A stretch of 64,000 bases of DNA from Chiloscyllium plagiosum (lineage: Eukaryota). Of the stretch, positions 12,929 through 27,689 are shown in pieces. The position numbers and the translations under genes were made by a program. How positions within the stretch are numbered: the first letter of the stretch is position 1; every line of letters begins with the position of its first letter. The stretch is taken from positions 223,865-287,864 of the forward strand of contig NC_057759.1 of assembly GCF_004010195.1 (NCBI RefSeq), read 5' to 3'. The notes below the pieces were generated by a model, which saw nothing but the letters and a program-made list of their open reading frames with translations, had not been told where the DNA came from and made no database searches.

Positions 12929-14675
12929 AGAGTCATAGAGATGTACAGCATGGAAACAGACCCTTCGGTCCAACCCGTCCATGCCGACCAGATATCCCAA
13001 CCCAATCTAGTCCCACCTGCCAACAGCCGGCCCATATCCCTCCAAACCCTTCCTATTCATATACCCATCCAGATGCCTCTTAAATGTTGAAATTGTACCA
13101 GCCTCTACCACATCCTCTGGCAGCTCATTCCGTACACTTACCACCCTCTGCGTGAAAAGGTTGCCCCTTACGTCTCTTTCATATCTTTCCCCTCTCACCC
13201 TAAACCTATGCCCTCTAGTTCTGGACTCCCCGACCCCAGGGAAAAGACTTGGTCTATTTATCCTATCCATGCCCCTCAATTTTGTAAATCTCTATAAGGT
13301 CACCCCTCAGCCTCCGACGCTCCAGGGAAAACAGCCCCAGCCTGTTCAGCCTCTCCCTTTAGCTCAGATCCTCTAACCCTAGCAACATCCTTGTAAATCT
13401 TTTCTGAATCCTTTCAAGTTTCACAACATCTTTCTGATAGGAAGGAGACCAGAATTCCACACAATATTCCAACAGTGGCCTAACCAATGTCCTGTACAAC
13501 CGCAACATGACCTCCCAACTCCTGTACTCAATACTCTGACAATTAAAGGGAAGCATGCCCAAATGCCTTCTTCACTATCCTATCTAACTGCGACTCCACT
13601 TTCAAGGAGCTATGAACCTGCAGTCCAAGGTCTCTTAGTTCAGCAACACTCCCTAGGACCTTACCAGTAAATGTATAAGTCCTGATAAAATTTGCTTTCC
13701 CAAAATGCAGCACCTCGCATTTATCTGAATTAAACTCCATCTGCCACTTCTCAGCCCATTGGCCCATCTGGTCCAGATCCTGTTACCCTGTAATCGGAGG
13801 TAACCTTCTTCGCTGTCCACTACACCTCCAATTTTGGTGTCATCTGCAAACTTACTAACTGTACCTCTTATGCTCGCATCCAAATCATTTTATGTAAATG
13901 ACAAAAAGTAGAGGACCCAGCACCGATCCTTGTTGCACTCCAGTGTTCACAGGCCTCCAGTCTGAAAAACAACCCTCCACCACCACCCTCTGTCTTCTAC
14001 CTTTCAGCCAGTTCTGTATCCAAATGGCTAGTTCTCCCTGTATTCCGTGAGATCTAACCTTGCTAATCAGTCTCCCATGGGGAACCTTGTCGAACGCCTT
14101 ACTGAAGTCTATATAGATCACATCTACTGCTCTGCTCTCATCAATCTTCTTTGTTACTTCTTTAAAAAACTCAATCAAGTTTGAGAGGCATGATTTCCCA
14201 CGCACAAAGCCATGTTGACTATCCTGAATCAGTCCTTGCCTTTCCAAATACACGGACATCCTGTCTCTCAGGATTCTCTCCAACAACTTGTCCACCACCG
14301 AGGTCAGGCTCACCTGTCTGTAGTTCCCTGGCTAGTCTTTACCACGCTTCTTAAACAGTGGCACTACGTTTGCCAACCTCCAGTCTTCCGGCACCTCACC
14401 TGTGACTATCGATGATACAAATGTCTCAGCAAGAGGCCTAGCAATCACTTCTCTAGCTTCCCACAGAGTTCTTGTATACACCTGATCGGGTCCTGGGGAT
14501 TCATCCACCTTTAACTGTTTCAAGACATCCAGCACTTCCTCCTCTGTAATCTGGACATTTTGCAAGATGTCACCATCTATTTCCCTACAGTCTATATCTT
14601 CCATATCCTTTTCCACAGTAAATACTGATGCAAAGTATTCATTTAGTATCTCTCCCATTTTCTGTGGCTCCACAC
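12929..14675 (-). mobile_element. 5'-truncated CR1 LINE including the RT domain
   Basis: [47 protein letters not shown]; frameshifted. An older CR1 piece lies at about 12330-12920. Confidence 0.92.
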
Positions 14676-14692
14676 TTTTTGGACCAGTCTAT

Positions 14693-16720
14693 TGTGATGA
14701 TGCTGCTCCTTTAACAAGCTTGTAAAAGACACAGGCTCAAAAAAGTCTGTGTTGATGAGTTTTAGGGCCATATTGATTATAGCTAACAGATAATTCCTTA
14801 GGCAAAAGGCTTCCACATTTTTAAAAAGAACACTTGTACAATGAAAGGGAAGTGGCCCAGTTTTCCCAGCTCAGCTTTTCTCTGGTTTGATTTGGTTTTT
14901 GGCTGTCTGGCTATTGACTGAAAGCAGTCAGGCAATTGAAAAAGCTGTTGAACCCGAAGCAGCAAGTCCATGATTGTACCATTCTTCTGACATCTCTCCT
15001 GTAAGACACTGTTTGATTTTAGCTTTTGTGGCAAGGGGTGTTTATGGGGACTGTTGTAAATGTTGGGAACATCATCATTAAGTTGGTATAATCCGTTGAG
15101 TTTTCAGATTTGTTGTTATTCAGTATTCTGTTCTCTTTTGTTTGTGTATCACTGCATCCCTCCTAGAATATCTTTGTTACACCCGCTTAAAATAAACTAG
15201 CAAAGTTAGAGTCTGGGTTACTTTCTTGAAATGTTTGGAGGGGATCTGGCCTTTTCCAATAACAGATTTGGGGCTGTTTGAAGAATTTATTCTATAGTTC
15301 CGATTTGGGATTCAGGTTGCTGGACTCTAAGGCAGCGAATGGTAAGTATTAATGTCTTTTTTTCCAGGAGTTGAATTCAATTGGTTTGAACAGCGCTTGG
15401 ACAAAGTGAGGATTGCAGATGATGGAGATCAGTGACGAGTGTGGGGTGCTGGAAAGGCATAGCAGGTCACGTAGAATCTGAGGAGTAGGAGAATCGTCAT
15501 TTTAGGTGTAAGCTCTTCATCAGGAAACAGTGCTTGGGATAGCAATGGCTCTTTGAATCATAAAGAGTTTTCTGGGGGTGGAAGGAGTGACTTCAGATTT
15601 TTGCAAAAGGTGATTAATGCCAAGTTGCTGGAATTAGCAAACAAACTGGAGCTTGACCTGCCTCCTTGCACGTGGAAAAAAGGCGATAGTTACATTAATA
15701 GCTCAACATTTACATTTACTGCAAACACCATCAGACTCTTTAGAGGTGGCTAACAGTCAATTGAAAATTAAGCAATTCGAGTTAGAGGCAAAAGTCAAGG
15801 AAACGGCAATAGAAAAAAACAGTTTGAATTACTATTAAAAGCAGAAGAGAGGAAGAAGAGAGAAAAACTGAGAGCGAGGAAATGAAGAAAGAGGGAGTTT
15901 GAACTTTAGTAACTGGCACTTAGACAGGAGTTCAAAACTTCACTTCCTGATGTAATGAGAACTATGTGGAAGAGCAGAGAGTTAAAACAGCAAGACTGGC
16001 ATCAGAAATGGCTGATGATTGAGTTGATCAATAAATCAAATTTGGGCTGCCAAAATCAATTTCAATCCATGAGGAATAATAATTGTGGATAAGAGAAATT
16101 CTCACGTGGAAAGGGAAAAGTAGACCTCGGTGAAGATCATATGGATGATTTACCATCGTAAAAAGGAAACCCTTGAAAGGGAAAGAGAAGTGAAAAAGCT
16201 CTGGTGTTCTCACTGCAATAAAGTAGGCCACTTGAAATCAGTGTTGATGGGTTAGGAAAAGCACTGAGAAGCCAAAATGTAGGAAAACAGGATAAGCCAG
16301 TGAATTTTGTTGGAGTGGTAACCGAGAGTACTGTGGAGACTAGAAACCTGCACTAGAATGTACAAGCTGGTCGGAGGTTGTTTATGGAGGAAGGGCCAGA
16401 TCTTCTTAAACCATACACCGTGAAGGTAAAGTTTACTCACATAAGTCAGGAACAACTGGTAAAGAGGGAGCAAGGATCCTCTCAATCTGTGATGCTAAAA
16501 AGTGAGGATATATGTACCTCTGAAGGACTATTGCCAAAAAAGGTACGAGTAACGGGAATTCACATTGAAATTAGAAATGCTCAATTGTAAGAAATGAGGT
16601 TAGAGTGAAGAGGGGAGAAGTCATAGTAGGAGTACTGGACAAACTTTCAGCTCCAGGAATACAATTTGTCCTTGCTATGATGTTGCTGATTCACTGGTAG
16701 GAGTGCTGCCTACTGTGGTT
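14693..16720 (+). mobile_element. degenerate Ty3/Gypsy LTR retrotransposon (5' LTR plus gag/protease relic)
   Basis: TG...CA bounded segment 14693-15264 followed by a weak tRNA-Pro-like PBS (TGGGGCTG); gag-like KLLELANKLELDL..AIVTLIAQHLHL; zinc-knuckle relic CSHCNKVGHLKSV near 16206-16245; many stops and frameshifts. Confidence 0.65.
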
Positions 16721-17159
16721 GAAAAACAAATGGAAATTGCCCATAGTGTTTGGTGCATTAGTCAGAGAGAGATGGGTCTGGGTGGGTTGCTCTTCGGAGG
16801 GTTGGTGTGGACTTGTTGGGCTGAAGGGCATGTTTCCACACTGTAGGGAATCTAATCTAAAAAAAAATCTAATCTATATCCTGGTGTTGTGTGATTTTTA
16901 ACTTCATACCAATTGAGTGAGATCCAGAAACTGAGCAACAACTGCCCAGCACCATGAATGGGAATACTCAACCACCAGGATGCTTACACAGGTCAATATC
17001 CAACTCCCCAACCGCCTGTTGGAAAGAGGGAAAACGGCGGTATTTCTAATGTTTTTACCAAGACCCCATTGTATGTCCTTTTACAAGAGTATCACATTCC
17101 TACAGTTGGTCCACACAACCTTAAGAAACAGCGGGAAACAGAATGAAATTAAAACAGGG

Positions 17160-17513
17160 CCCACAGCAGCTTCTTCCCCCCTCTGCCTCCCTCAGCAGGC
17201 CCACACACAGCCCGAGAAAGGCCTCTCTCTTCCCCCCAGCCCGCTCACTCCAAGTTCCGGGACCAGTTCCTGCTCCGCTCGGCCTCTTACAAACAGCCCC
17301 CGGTTCTCCCTGAACTCACCCCGAATCAATCCCGGTCTCCCATCCCGATGTGCTGCTGGAAGGAGCCTGCTGTTCCCTCGCTTCCCTGGGCGCTGATCTC
17401 TCCATTGCGGTCTGTTTCAAACAAACCTCTTGCACTCACTGAGTAAATGCTCCTCAATGGCAGCGCTGGGGGAGGGACTCACGCATGCGCTCCTCTGCTC
17501 AGGAACAGTCAGC
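17160..17513 (-). promoter_or_regulatory. GC-rich promoter and first exon of candidate gene copy A
   Basis: NRF1-type site ACGCATGCGC at 17481-17490, ETS core CCGGAA, donor GG|GTGAGT at 17319; near-identical inverted copy at 45039-45416. Confidence 0.55.
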
Positions 17514-17527
17514 TTGAGCGAGAAAAG

Positions 17528-18680
17528 TTTAAAATCACACAACAGGTTGAATTGGAAGCACACTAGCTTTCAGAGCGTCGCTCCTTCATCAGGTGATTGT
17601 GGAAGCTTCAATCCTAACACAGAATTTATAGCAAAAATTTACAGTGTGATGTAACTGAAATTATACATTGATCTTTCATGTGTAAATCACAAAACTTTTT
17701 TTTTAAGTTGCATTCTCAGGTTAGCTGTTAACAATGATGATAGCTAGACAATATGTTGAAGGTATTCGCCCCCTGTGTTCTCTGTCTATGCCATGATGTT
17801 TAGATTGATTCTAATCTAAAAAGTGAGATCACAGAGTTTTACATGAATTCATGTAGTTTTTGAGCAAAGTACAATGTAATCCTGCAAGTACATATTCAGC
17901 CCACAAAATGTGTGTGTGCGTGTGGGTCTTTCTGGGTTCGGGGTTGTGAGTGTGAGAAAGCATATGTGTGTGTAGTGAGCGCAGAGTGTCTTAAGTCTGT
18001 GAGGGGGTGCGTGTGGGAGTGTGTGTGTCTGTAAGGATGTGTGTGGGTGTCTGTGTGCGCGTCTGTGTATATGTGTTTCCGTGTATGTGTGTATAGGAGT
18101 GCCTGTGTGTGTGTCGGAGTATCTGTGTGTGTGTATAGTACAATGGTGTTCCCCTGTAATGTGACATGAACCCAAGGTGCCGGTTGAGGCCCTCCCTATG
18201 GGTACCGAACTTAGCGATCAGCCTCTGCTCGACCACTTTTCACTGCTGCCTGTCCCGAAGTCCGCCTTGGAGGATAGTCACCCGAAGGTCCGAGGTCGAA
18301 TGTCCTGGACCACTGAAGTGTTCCCCAAATGGGAGGGAAAACTCCTGTCTGTTGATTGTTGTGTGGTGCCCATTCACCCGTTGTCATAGCCTTTGCTCGG
18401 TTTCCTCAATGTACCATGCCTCCGGGCATCCTTGCCTGCAACGTTTAAGATCGACAACGTTGGCTGAGTCACATGAGTACCTGCCATGTACTAGGTGGGA
18501 GGTGTCCCCACGCGTAATGGTGGTATCTATGTCCAAACTCTGACACATCTTGCAGCGCCTAACCGCAGCCCAGGGTTGTATGGAGTTGTCCTGAGAGCCT
18601 GGCAGCTTGCTACGAACAACGATCTGTTTGAGGTTTGGCGGTTGTTTAAAGGCAAGTAGTGGAGGTATGGGGAAGGCGTT
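17528..18680 (-). mobile_element. 5'-truncated Penelope-like element, family B, with GIY-YIG endonuclease relic
   Basis: PPLLAFKQPPNLKQIVVRS...CKMC...YSCDSANVVDLKRCRQGCPEAWYIEETEQRL and EQRLIAKFGTHREGLNR; 3' UTR carries a hammerhead core. Confidence 0.88.
17561..17595 (-). ncRNA. minimal type I hammerhead motif, family B
   Basis: Reverse complement CAC-CTGATGA-A-GGAGC-GAC-GCTCT-GAAAG-CTA-GTG. Confidence 0.65.
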
Positions 18681-18689
18681 AGGGAGAAA

Positions 18690-18850
18690 AGGTTCAATCC
18701 CATATACAGTTGGAGCGGGAGTGAGCTGGAGGCGGAGCTGGATGATCAAAGCCATTTCCCTGCTCTGTGTCACTCAGTTGCCACTCCGGACCCGCCTCTC
18801 ACTCTCTGTCAGCTCTTTCTCAGCCAGGTCGGGCCGGCCTGTATAAAAAA
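18690..18850 (+). promoter_or_regulatory. H4 promoter
   Basis: TATAAAAA at 18842-18849, preceded by CAGGTCGG resembling the H4-specific GGTCCG element. Confidence 0.6.
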
Positions 18851-18895
18851 GGAAGGGGAGGCAGCTCAGCTCTCATTCAGCAGCGATTGGAGTGA

Positions 18896-19216
<321 letters not shown>

Positions 19217-19248
19217 GGATAAAGCGACCCTTTTCCAGCAAACCCAAA

Positions 19249-19290
19249 GGCTCTTTTCAGAGCCACCCAAATCCTCCGATAGAGAGCGGA
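19249..19290 (+). terminator. H4 3' stem-loop and histone downstream element (HDE)
   Basis: GGCTCTTTTCAGAGCC at 19249-19264, then ACCCA, then purine-rich ATAGAGAGCGG. Confidence 0.95.
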
Positions 19291-19819
19291 GGCCTGAGGA
19301 CGAAGAAAGCAGCACATTGGGAGGGAATAGTGGAACGGTTCTTTCACGTGTCATTTTGTCCAGACACGATGTTACATATTGCAGTATTTGTATTTCATTG
19401 ACCCTTTCAGAAACGATACTTTCATGAGTTCGGAATTTTTATAGTCTGCTCTTTCCATCTGCCTGTTACAGACCGTTCAGACAGCCATTAAGTTGTGTTT
19501 CGGCTGATTATAATCAGGTTTAAATAAAAAATATAGTCGGTAAGCTTCTGTAACTTTATCGTGGTACAATTTCAAGATGTTTAAATCGGCGGGGTTATTT
19601 AGATTCATACACGGCGGGTAGACGTTTGGTTGTTGAGTTTGTCTGGGCTGTTTTGAACCCCCCCCCCCCCTTTCTCCTGCCTGTTACAGACAGATCAGGC
19701 AATAATCCCGCCTTCTGTCTGCGCTGACAGCTAACTAGGCTTCAATCGATTTCTAGAAAGTATCTGAGTTGCGGACGAATGGCGTAATATATCTTATGTT
19801 ATTTGATATCAGGGTTTGA

Positions 19820-20539
<720 letters not shown>

Positions 20540-21014
20540 TAAATAGGCAATGAGTTATGAGCGATATTGACATGGGTAGTGAAGTCATATCGAATGAGAT
20601 CTCCCGTGTTCGCAGAATTTACTTTAACATTGTAGAATATAATTTTAACATGACATTGTGGTAGATTTTGTATTTAACTAATGGGGGATGAGATAGAATT
20701 GGCGCCAAAAGATCAACAGCTCGTTTCAAATTTGAAAAGCCCACTAACATGTAGAAAAGTGCGCTAAGTTTTACAGGTGAAAATGCGTTGATTTGTCTAT
20801 CGATTACAGAAGTGTAGTGCCTGCAATCTCACTTTGCCCCCTTCCCTCCTCTACGGCTGAAAAAAAACGCTCATGGGTATTTAATATTGTCTCTCTCTCT
20901 GGAGGCAGAGAACAAAGCCTGTCTATGAACGTACTCGTGAACAAAACGCAGAGGAAAATAGGCCGCTCAGTAGTGTTTGCTATATCGACTGTGCTTATTG
21001 CACTGGGTCAATTC

Positions 21015-21420
21015 AGCTCTTCCTGATGCAGTAAGATTCTGTAATTCCATTTTTTAAATATTAGAATCAGTCTGACCACTATGGCACAGACAGTCGCACA
21101 CAGGGCAGCTTACACCTTAAAAAGGTATTAGCAGTTGTTCAAGTTCACTTGAGATTGTAACATTTAGATGTTCTACGATTTACATTTGTAAAAACTGAAA
21201 CCAACATGGTCATTGTAAAAGATTAGAGATTAAGAAACAATCCAGGTTTTTTTTTGAATATATGGTTTCAGTTACATCACACTATAAACTTTTCCGAACA
21301 CGTCCATATTTTATGATCTTATATTCTACATGATGAAAGCTCCGAAAGCTAGTGCACACAAATAAACCTGTTGATTTTTAACTCTGTACACCTCAGTCCA
21401 ACACCAGCTTGTCCAAACCA
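21015..21420 (+). mobile_element. degenerate Penelope-like 3' end, family B
   Basis: Similar to 10600-11020; broken hammerhead TGATGAAAGCTCCGAAAGCTAGTG; CAGTCCAACACC tail. Confidence 0.65.
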
Positions 21421-21547
21421 CAGGTTTTCAATAACAAGGCGATAGTGGTTGGCTGATGTCAGGTACAAAGTTCAACCTTCTCCACCTTAAAACTAAAATA
21501 AATCCGACAGAAATGACAGTGTAACTCCTTTCACAGATGCTGTGAGT

Positions 21548-21909
<362 letters not shown>

Positions 21910-22830
21910 TTATTTCACATATATCGTGACAATTTACTAATACCGTGTTCTGCGGTACGGTAGAGAGCATTCAGAGTGGACGGTTCACCGTGGCCAATGA
22001 TTTTATAATTGTAAGTATTCCTACAGTGTAGGTAAGAGGCTATTAGGCCAATCGAGACTATTGTTCTGCAATCTGTAATTGTAAGATGCAGTAGCACCAT
22101 TAGGCCATTCTGCCCATCCAGTTTGTTCTGCTATTCGATCATGGCTGATCGTTTTCAAACTTATTTTGGTGCCTGCTCCTCGTAACCATCTGCCCGTTCA
22201 CGCAGCGATTACAAATTGTCTTCGGGCAAGTAATAACCCCGGATGAAATAAAGATGTATTGATTAAGTGTGGTTCTGTAATTTTATCGGTGTGCACTGTA
22301 TTACCTTTTAAGATGTTTCAATTGGCGGACCTTCGATTGATTCACGGCGCATATAAGTTTGGTTGCTCTTCCACAGAAAGCAGGAAGCGATAGGGGACAT
22401 TAGTTAAAAACAAAAACCACATACAGCGACAGTGAATTTGCAACTAATGTGATCTCCATTCAGGGATTGCGGAATTTATGAAAAAATATAATAATAAGAA
22501 ATGTGATTTAAACATCAAATTTTGGTATTGGGTTAGATATTTCCGGAGAAACCCCATCTCCTCAGTGACAGGAGAGAAAGGGAAAAAAATGGCGCCAAGA
22601 GACCAATGACTTATTTTCAAATTTGAAAATGCCCGCCATCACGTATAAAAGAGCAACAGGTTTTACAGAGGAGAAAGCATGAGCCCAGAGGCAGGGGATA
22701 AAAAAGTGGATATGAAGCGCAGAGGGTCAGAATTATAATGATCATTATCTGAATATTGTATTGATCATTTGATGTCTTCCTACTCAGCTGCTAGTGACGT
22801 ACAGGAGCTCTCTCTTTTGTCTTTCTCCAG

Positions 22831-22885
22831 GCAAATATTTGATGGATCAATCCAAGGGTGACCAGCTGCTTTTCACAATCAGCAG
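22831..22885 (+). other. copy of the 82-nt exon with an in-frame 27-nt deletion
   Basis: CTTTCTCCAG|GCAAATAT...CAGCAG|GTATGT; downstream intron homologous to the other copies. Confidence 0.55.
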
Positions 22886-25259
22886 GTATGTTACCTCTGA
22901 CAGAGTGGAGGATGTCCTTTCCACTGTCTGAGTGGATTGAGTCAGACACACATTGAGCTCAAATTCCAGAAGTACACATTCAATCCAAGAGTTAAACACA
23001 ACTGACGATATATAAATCTATATTATTTCACCCTGTTCTGAATGCATACCGCCTCGTGACAGTAAATTCCATTATTCAAAGCCAATTATCATTCAGAAGA
23101 TTAGAAGCAGGTTAGACTGTATGCTTGTAATAAATATGCATTTGAGCTGCATTAAATCCATATGTAGAATATGCATTTTTAAAGTTATAATTAAGAATCA
23201 ATTATGCTGTTACATTGTTATAACAAGTGTATATGAAGTTGATATTGAGGGCAGATATAGAAGCAAAGTTGGATATTGAGTAACTGAGCAGGACAAGTTT
23301 ATTCTTTTGATAAATAGGTGTTCTGTACAAAGACAATAATCAAACAATGTAAATTCCAACTGAACCTCTTGGGTCAAGCCTAATCTACAGAGGATGCTTC
23401 CAGAGAGATGCTTAAAGCCCATTCACACACGTGCATACACATCTGTCTCTGTCTATCTGTCTTTCAGCCTGGTGTTGACGAAAATACACTTTATCCACAC
23501 TCCCATTCTGGTTGAGAGCCTGAGTAATGCAGAAGCATTTCCTGAATTTTTAAATGTATGAAGCACTGATTGATAAGACATTAAACCCACCTCATAAAGT
23601 GCATCAGATCTGCAGGACTGGAAACACAAAGAGACATACAGACAATGTCAGTGTGATATAGACCAGTACCACTCTTCAAAGTGATACAGATTGGCAGCAC
23701 AACAGAAAACTCACTCTCACTCAGCCAGTTAATAGTTAAAGGGAGAAAAATACAATTTAGGCCAACAAGTACTTCCAAATATGGACAGTCATCAATTGAC
23801 TGACCAAATTATTAATTGCTTCAGAGGATGTTAGTGTGAGATGTTACATTACTGCAGTGCCCAGCAGCAACTGACAAAGGCACACACAAAATGTAAAAAT
23901 AAAATTGAGATTAAATACAGTAAAATTCAAATTCTTGGCAAAGATAAGTATTGAACCAATATTAATCCCTCAATCACACAGGTTTAGCGAATATTGAACT
24001 GGTTTATCCTACACCCTGACTGAAAAAAAACACAACTGAACATAGAAAGAGAATGACATCCATATACTCGACTCGTCACTGCACACCAAGCAAAACTGAT
24101 ACTATAGGTATTCAAAGGCTGATAACTGCAGAACTAATCTCAAATTGGCATTTATACTGAGACACTGGCAGTGAGTGGATGAGGTTCAGAATCCTAAACA
24201 GTTATTGGAAACTAGTATGAAAAACAGATGAAAATAGAATGTCCCAGCACAGACACAACAGGCTGAATGGCCATAACAATTCTGTGAATAAGTCATAAAT
24301 CACAAAATGCATAAGAGTTTAAGGCCCAATCACAACACCCTAAAAGCTGCTATCACAGATTGAATCACAGTCACAGAGAACTTGTTTTTTCTAATTCAGT
24401 CATGGAATGGGGGCATCCGTGGCTAGGCCAACATTTGTTGCCCATCCCCAACTACCCATGCAGTACTTTGGAGTCAACCACATTGATGTGTGTTTGCAGT
24501 AACATGTAGGCCAGACAAGGTAAGGTTGGCAGTTTCCTTCCTTCAAGCACATTAGTGAACCAGATGAGTTTTTCTGGCAATCAACAATAGATTCATGGAC
24601 ATCATTAGATTCTTAGAATATTATTGGCTGTCAGAGAATTGACAACTTTGATATATAAGAGTTGAACATGACTGGAACTCATTGAGAACTTCTCTCTCAC
24701 AGTCACACAGCAGAAACTGGCATATATAGATCAGTTCCTAAATTCACACATGGACACAGCAGAAATTGACATATATATATCAAGTCCTAAACTCTCGCAT
24801 GGACACAACTGAAACTGACAGTCATCGATTGATATCTGCTCTCACAATATTCACATTGCAGAAACTGAAAGGGAGAGAACAATAATCATGCACACACACA
24901 TGACAGGTACAGGTTGATAACTAGACTAACAGATTTGCATAGCAAAACCTGACAGGTACAGTATGATAAATGAATTTACATATTTATAAACACGAAGTTG
25001 GTAGACACAAATTAGTAACTGCACTCTCAGATGCACAGAGCAGAATCTGACAGGGACAGGTTGGTTAATAACTCACACATGCAGGTGGTAGTAAATTTCG
25101 GAGGAAGATTGATAACTACACTCATATTCACAAAGCAGAAACTGACAGGAATAGATTGATTATGCTCCCAATTTCAAATCACCTAAACTAACGTGTATAC
25201 TTTGATAACAAACACTCACATATTCACAGAGAAGAAACTGACAGGCAGAGATTGATAAC

Positions 25260-25885
25260 AAAACAAAGATTAGTGGAAAATTCACAGGACTGGCAGCATT
25301 TCAGGCAGAGTGACCGGTCCTCAGGACTGATAGTGGCAAGGAAAATGCGCAAAATGTGCTCAACTCTGTGTTGAGGAAACTGAACGCAGAGTGGGTGTCC
25401 ACTTTGCAGAACACCTACATTCTATCCAGACAAAAAGACCCTGAGCTTCCAGTTGCCTGTCACTTCAACACATCACTCTGTTCCCTGGCCAACATTTCTG
25501 TCTCAGGCTCGCTACAGTGCTCTAGTGAAGCTCAGTGCACACTTGAAGAACAGCATCTCATTTTCTGCTTGGGAACTCTACAGCCTTCTGGACTCAGTAT
25601 TGAGTTCTTCAACTTTAGGGCTTCAGCTCTCCCATGTTATTACCCAAAACTCCACACATCCAGTCTTGTTAACATATAGTCTGCTGTTATACACCACCAA
25701 TTGTGAGCCACTAACAGACCCTATTAATAGGCTATTCACCCTCTTAGTCTGACAGTTATCCGCTCCTTTCTCTGTTCTACTGTTCTTCTCTTTCTTTGGA
25801 CTCTATCTCCATCTATCTTTTACTTGTCACCCTTCCACCCACCCTATCTTCTGTATAAAAACTAATATTTTCCTAGCTACAACCA
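25260..25885 (+). mobile_element. Penelope-like element 3' fragment
   Basis: PELPVACHFN...LEEQHLIFCLGTLQPSGLSIEFFNFR, typical of a PLE GIY-YIG C-terminus. Confidence 0.75.
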
Positions 25886-25974
25886 GAAAATACAGAATTT
25901 TGAATACACCACCAAGCAACTCAAGAACAGCTTCCCTGCTGTTATCAGACTTTTGAATGTACTGTTCATATTTT

Positions 25975-26185
25975 AAGGTGAAAGTGGGTACTGCAGATGC
26001 TGGAGATTAGAGTCACAATTAGAGTAGTGCTGGAAAAGCACAGCAGGATAGGCAGAATCCAAGGAGCAGAAAAATTGATGTTTTGGGCATTCCTGATGAA
26101 AGGCTTTTGTCCGAAACGTCAATGTTTCTGCTCCTCGGATGCTGCCTGACCTGCTGTGCTTTCCCAGCACCACTCTAATCTCGTT
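25975..26185. mobile_element. foldback element, family A, nested in a Rex/Babar-like LINE 3' end (about 25895-26355)
   Basis: Inverted arms; ATTC-CTGATGA-AAGGCTTTTGTCC-GAAACGTC at 26089-26120; host reads KNSFPAVIRLLN. Confidence 0.7.
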
Positions 26186-27689
26186 CAAATTTTAATGTTA
26201 ATCTCTCTCTCTTTGCAGCTTTAATACTGTATTACAGATTCTGCTCTATTACCCTGATGCATTTTGTATGATATTATCTGCCTGTAAAGCACACAAAACA
26301 ATACTTTCCATTGTTTTCAGTGCATGTGAGAATAATAAATCAGATCAAATGAAATGGATAACTACACTCACATATTCAAACAGCAGAATCTGAGAGGCAC
26401 GGGTTCATAACTACAGTCACACAAAGATGAATAAATACATTCAAACACTGACATTACAGAGCCTGAGAGGGAAAGATTGATAATTAAACTCTCACATTCG
26501 CAAAGCTGAAACTGATAGCGACAGGTGAAAACTCAGCTCACACATTCACATCGTAAAAACTGGAAGGATTGACAATTACACAAACAAAGTCACCAAGCAG
26601 AAACTGACAGCTACAGATTGACATCTATATTTGTGTATTCACACAGCAGAGTCAGAAAGATACAGATTGACAGTTACAATCACTTTGACAAAGAAGAAAT
26701 TGACAGGTAGAGAATGATAACTGTACTCCCACATTCACATCACTGAAACTGATAGCTACAGTTTGATTAATACACCCACATTCACAGAGCAGAAGCTGAT
26801 GGGGACTGATCAATAACTGTATTCACATCTTGACAGGGAAGAAACTGACATGGACAGATTGGTATCTACACTGTCACATTGACATAGTAGAAACAGATTG
26901 ACAATGACACTCTGGTGTCAAATAGCAAAACCTGAATGATACTGTTTGATATTGATATAGATATAGATATAGATATAGAATATCGATATAGAATAAACTT
27001 ACAGGTAGAGATCAATATCTACATTCTCACAGAATAAACTGATGGGAACAAATTGATAACTGCATTTAATATTCATACAGCGGAAACTGACAGGTAGAGA
27101 CTAATATCAAAACTCGCATTCTCATAGCTGAGACTGACAGGTTCAGGTTGATAACTACACTCTCAGATACACAGCAGAAACTGTTCGGGAAAGCTTGGTA
27201 AGTAACACACATATTCGCTGGGCAGAAACTGACAGGTATATATTGATAACTAAACTTGCAAATCCACATCAGAGAAACACATAGGGACTGATTCTATTTA
27301 TTGAAAATATATGACATGTATTTATCAACCAGTCCCTGTAGTTTCCTCCATGTGGATACATGAGTTCAGTTATCAATCTGCACTGTGGTTTATGCTATGT
27401 GAATGTGTGAGTGTAGTTATCAGTCTTTCCCTATTTGTCTCTGTGATTAGAAAATGTAAATATATTTACCAGAGAGTGACAGGGACAGATTCATAACTGC
27501 ATTCACTTGCATATTTGCATAGATTATATGGATTGATAATTACAGTTTGATAATTACACTCAGATATTCACAGAGCAGCATTTAACAGGTACATGTTGAT
27601 AATTGTCTTCACACACTTACTGAGCAGGAACTGACAGCTATGGATAGATAAGGAAACCTTCATATCCAGACACTTCCTAACATCAGATT

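Larger units (their letters stand above)
8660..17490 (-). other. candidate spliced gene, copy A (exon 1 ending ~17320, then exons 17015-16910, 12147-12066, 8802-8755, possibly 8693-)
   Basis: Each internal exon has a pyrimidine-rich AG acceptor and GT donor (GG|GTGAGT, TG|GTATGA, AG|GTATGT, GG|GTAATG). ATG at 16955 stays in frame across the junctions. Colinear inverted homolog at 45039-47270. Confidence 0.55.
24700..27650 (+). repeat. degenerate ~49-bp tandem array, interrupted by TEs at 25260-26355
   Basis: Recurring CACATTCACAnAGCAGAAACTGACAGGTACAGATTGATAACT units. Confidence 0.85.

Noticed and set aside
16980-17396. 138-aa ORF and its 198-aa counterpart at 45016-45612
   Set aside because: Antisense to the splice signals; a 25-nt indel between the copies breaks the frame; GC-rich sequence gives chance ORFs.
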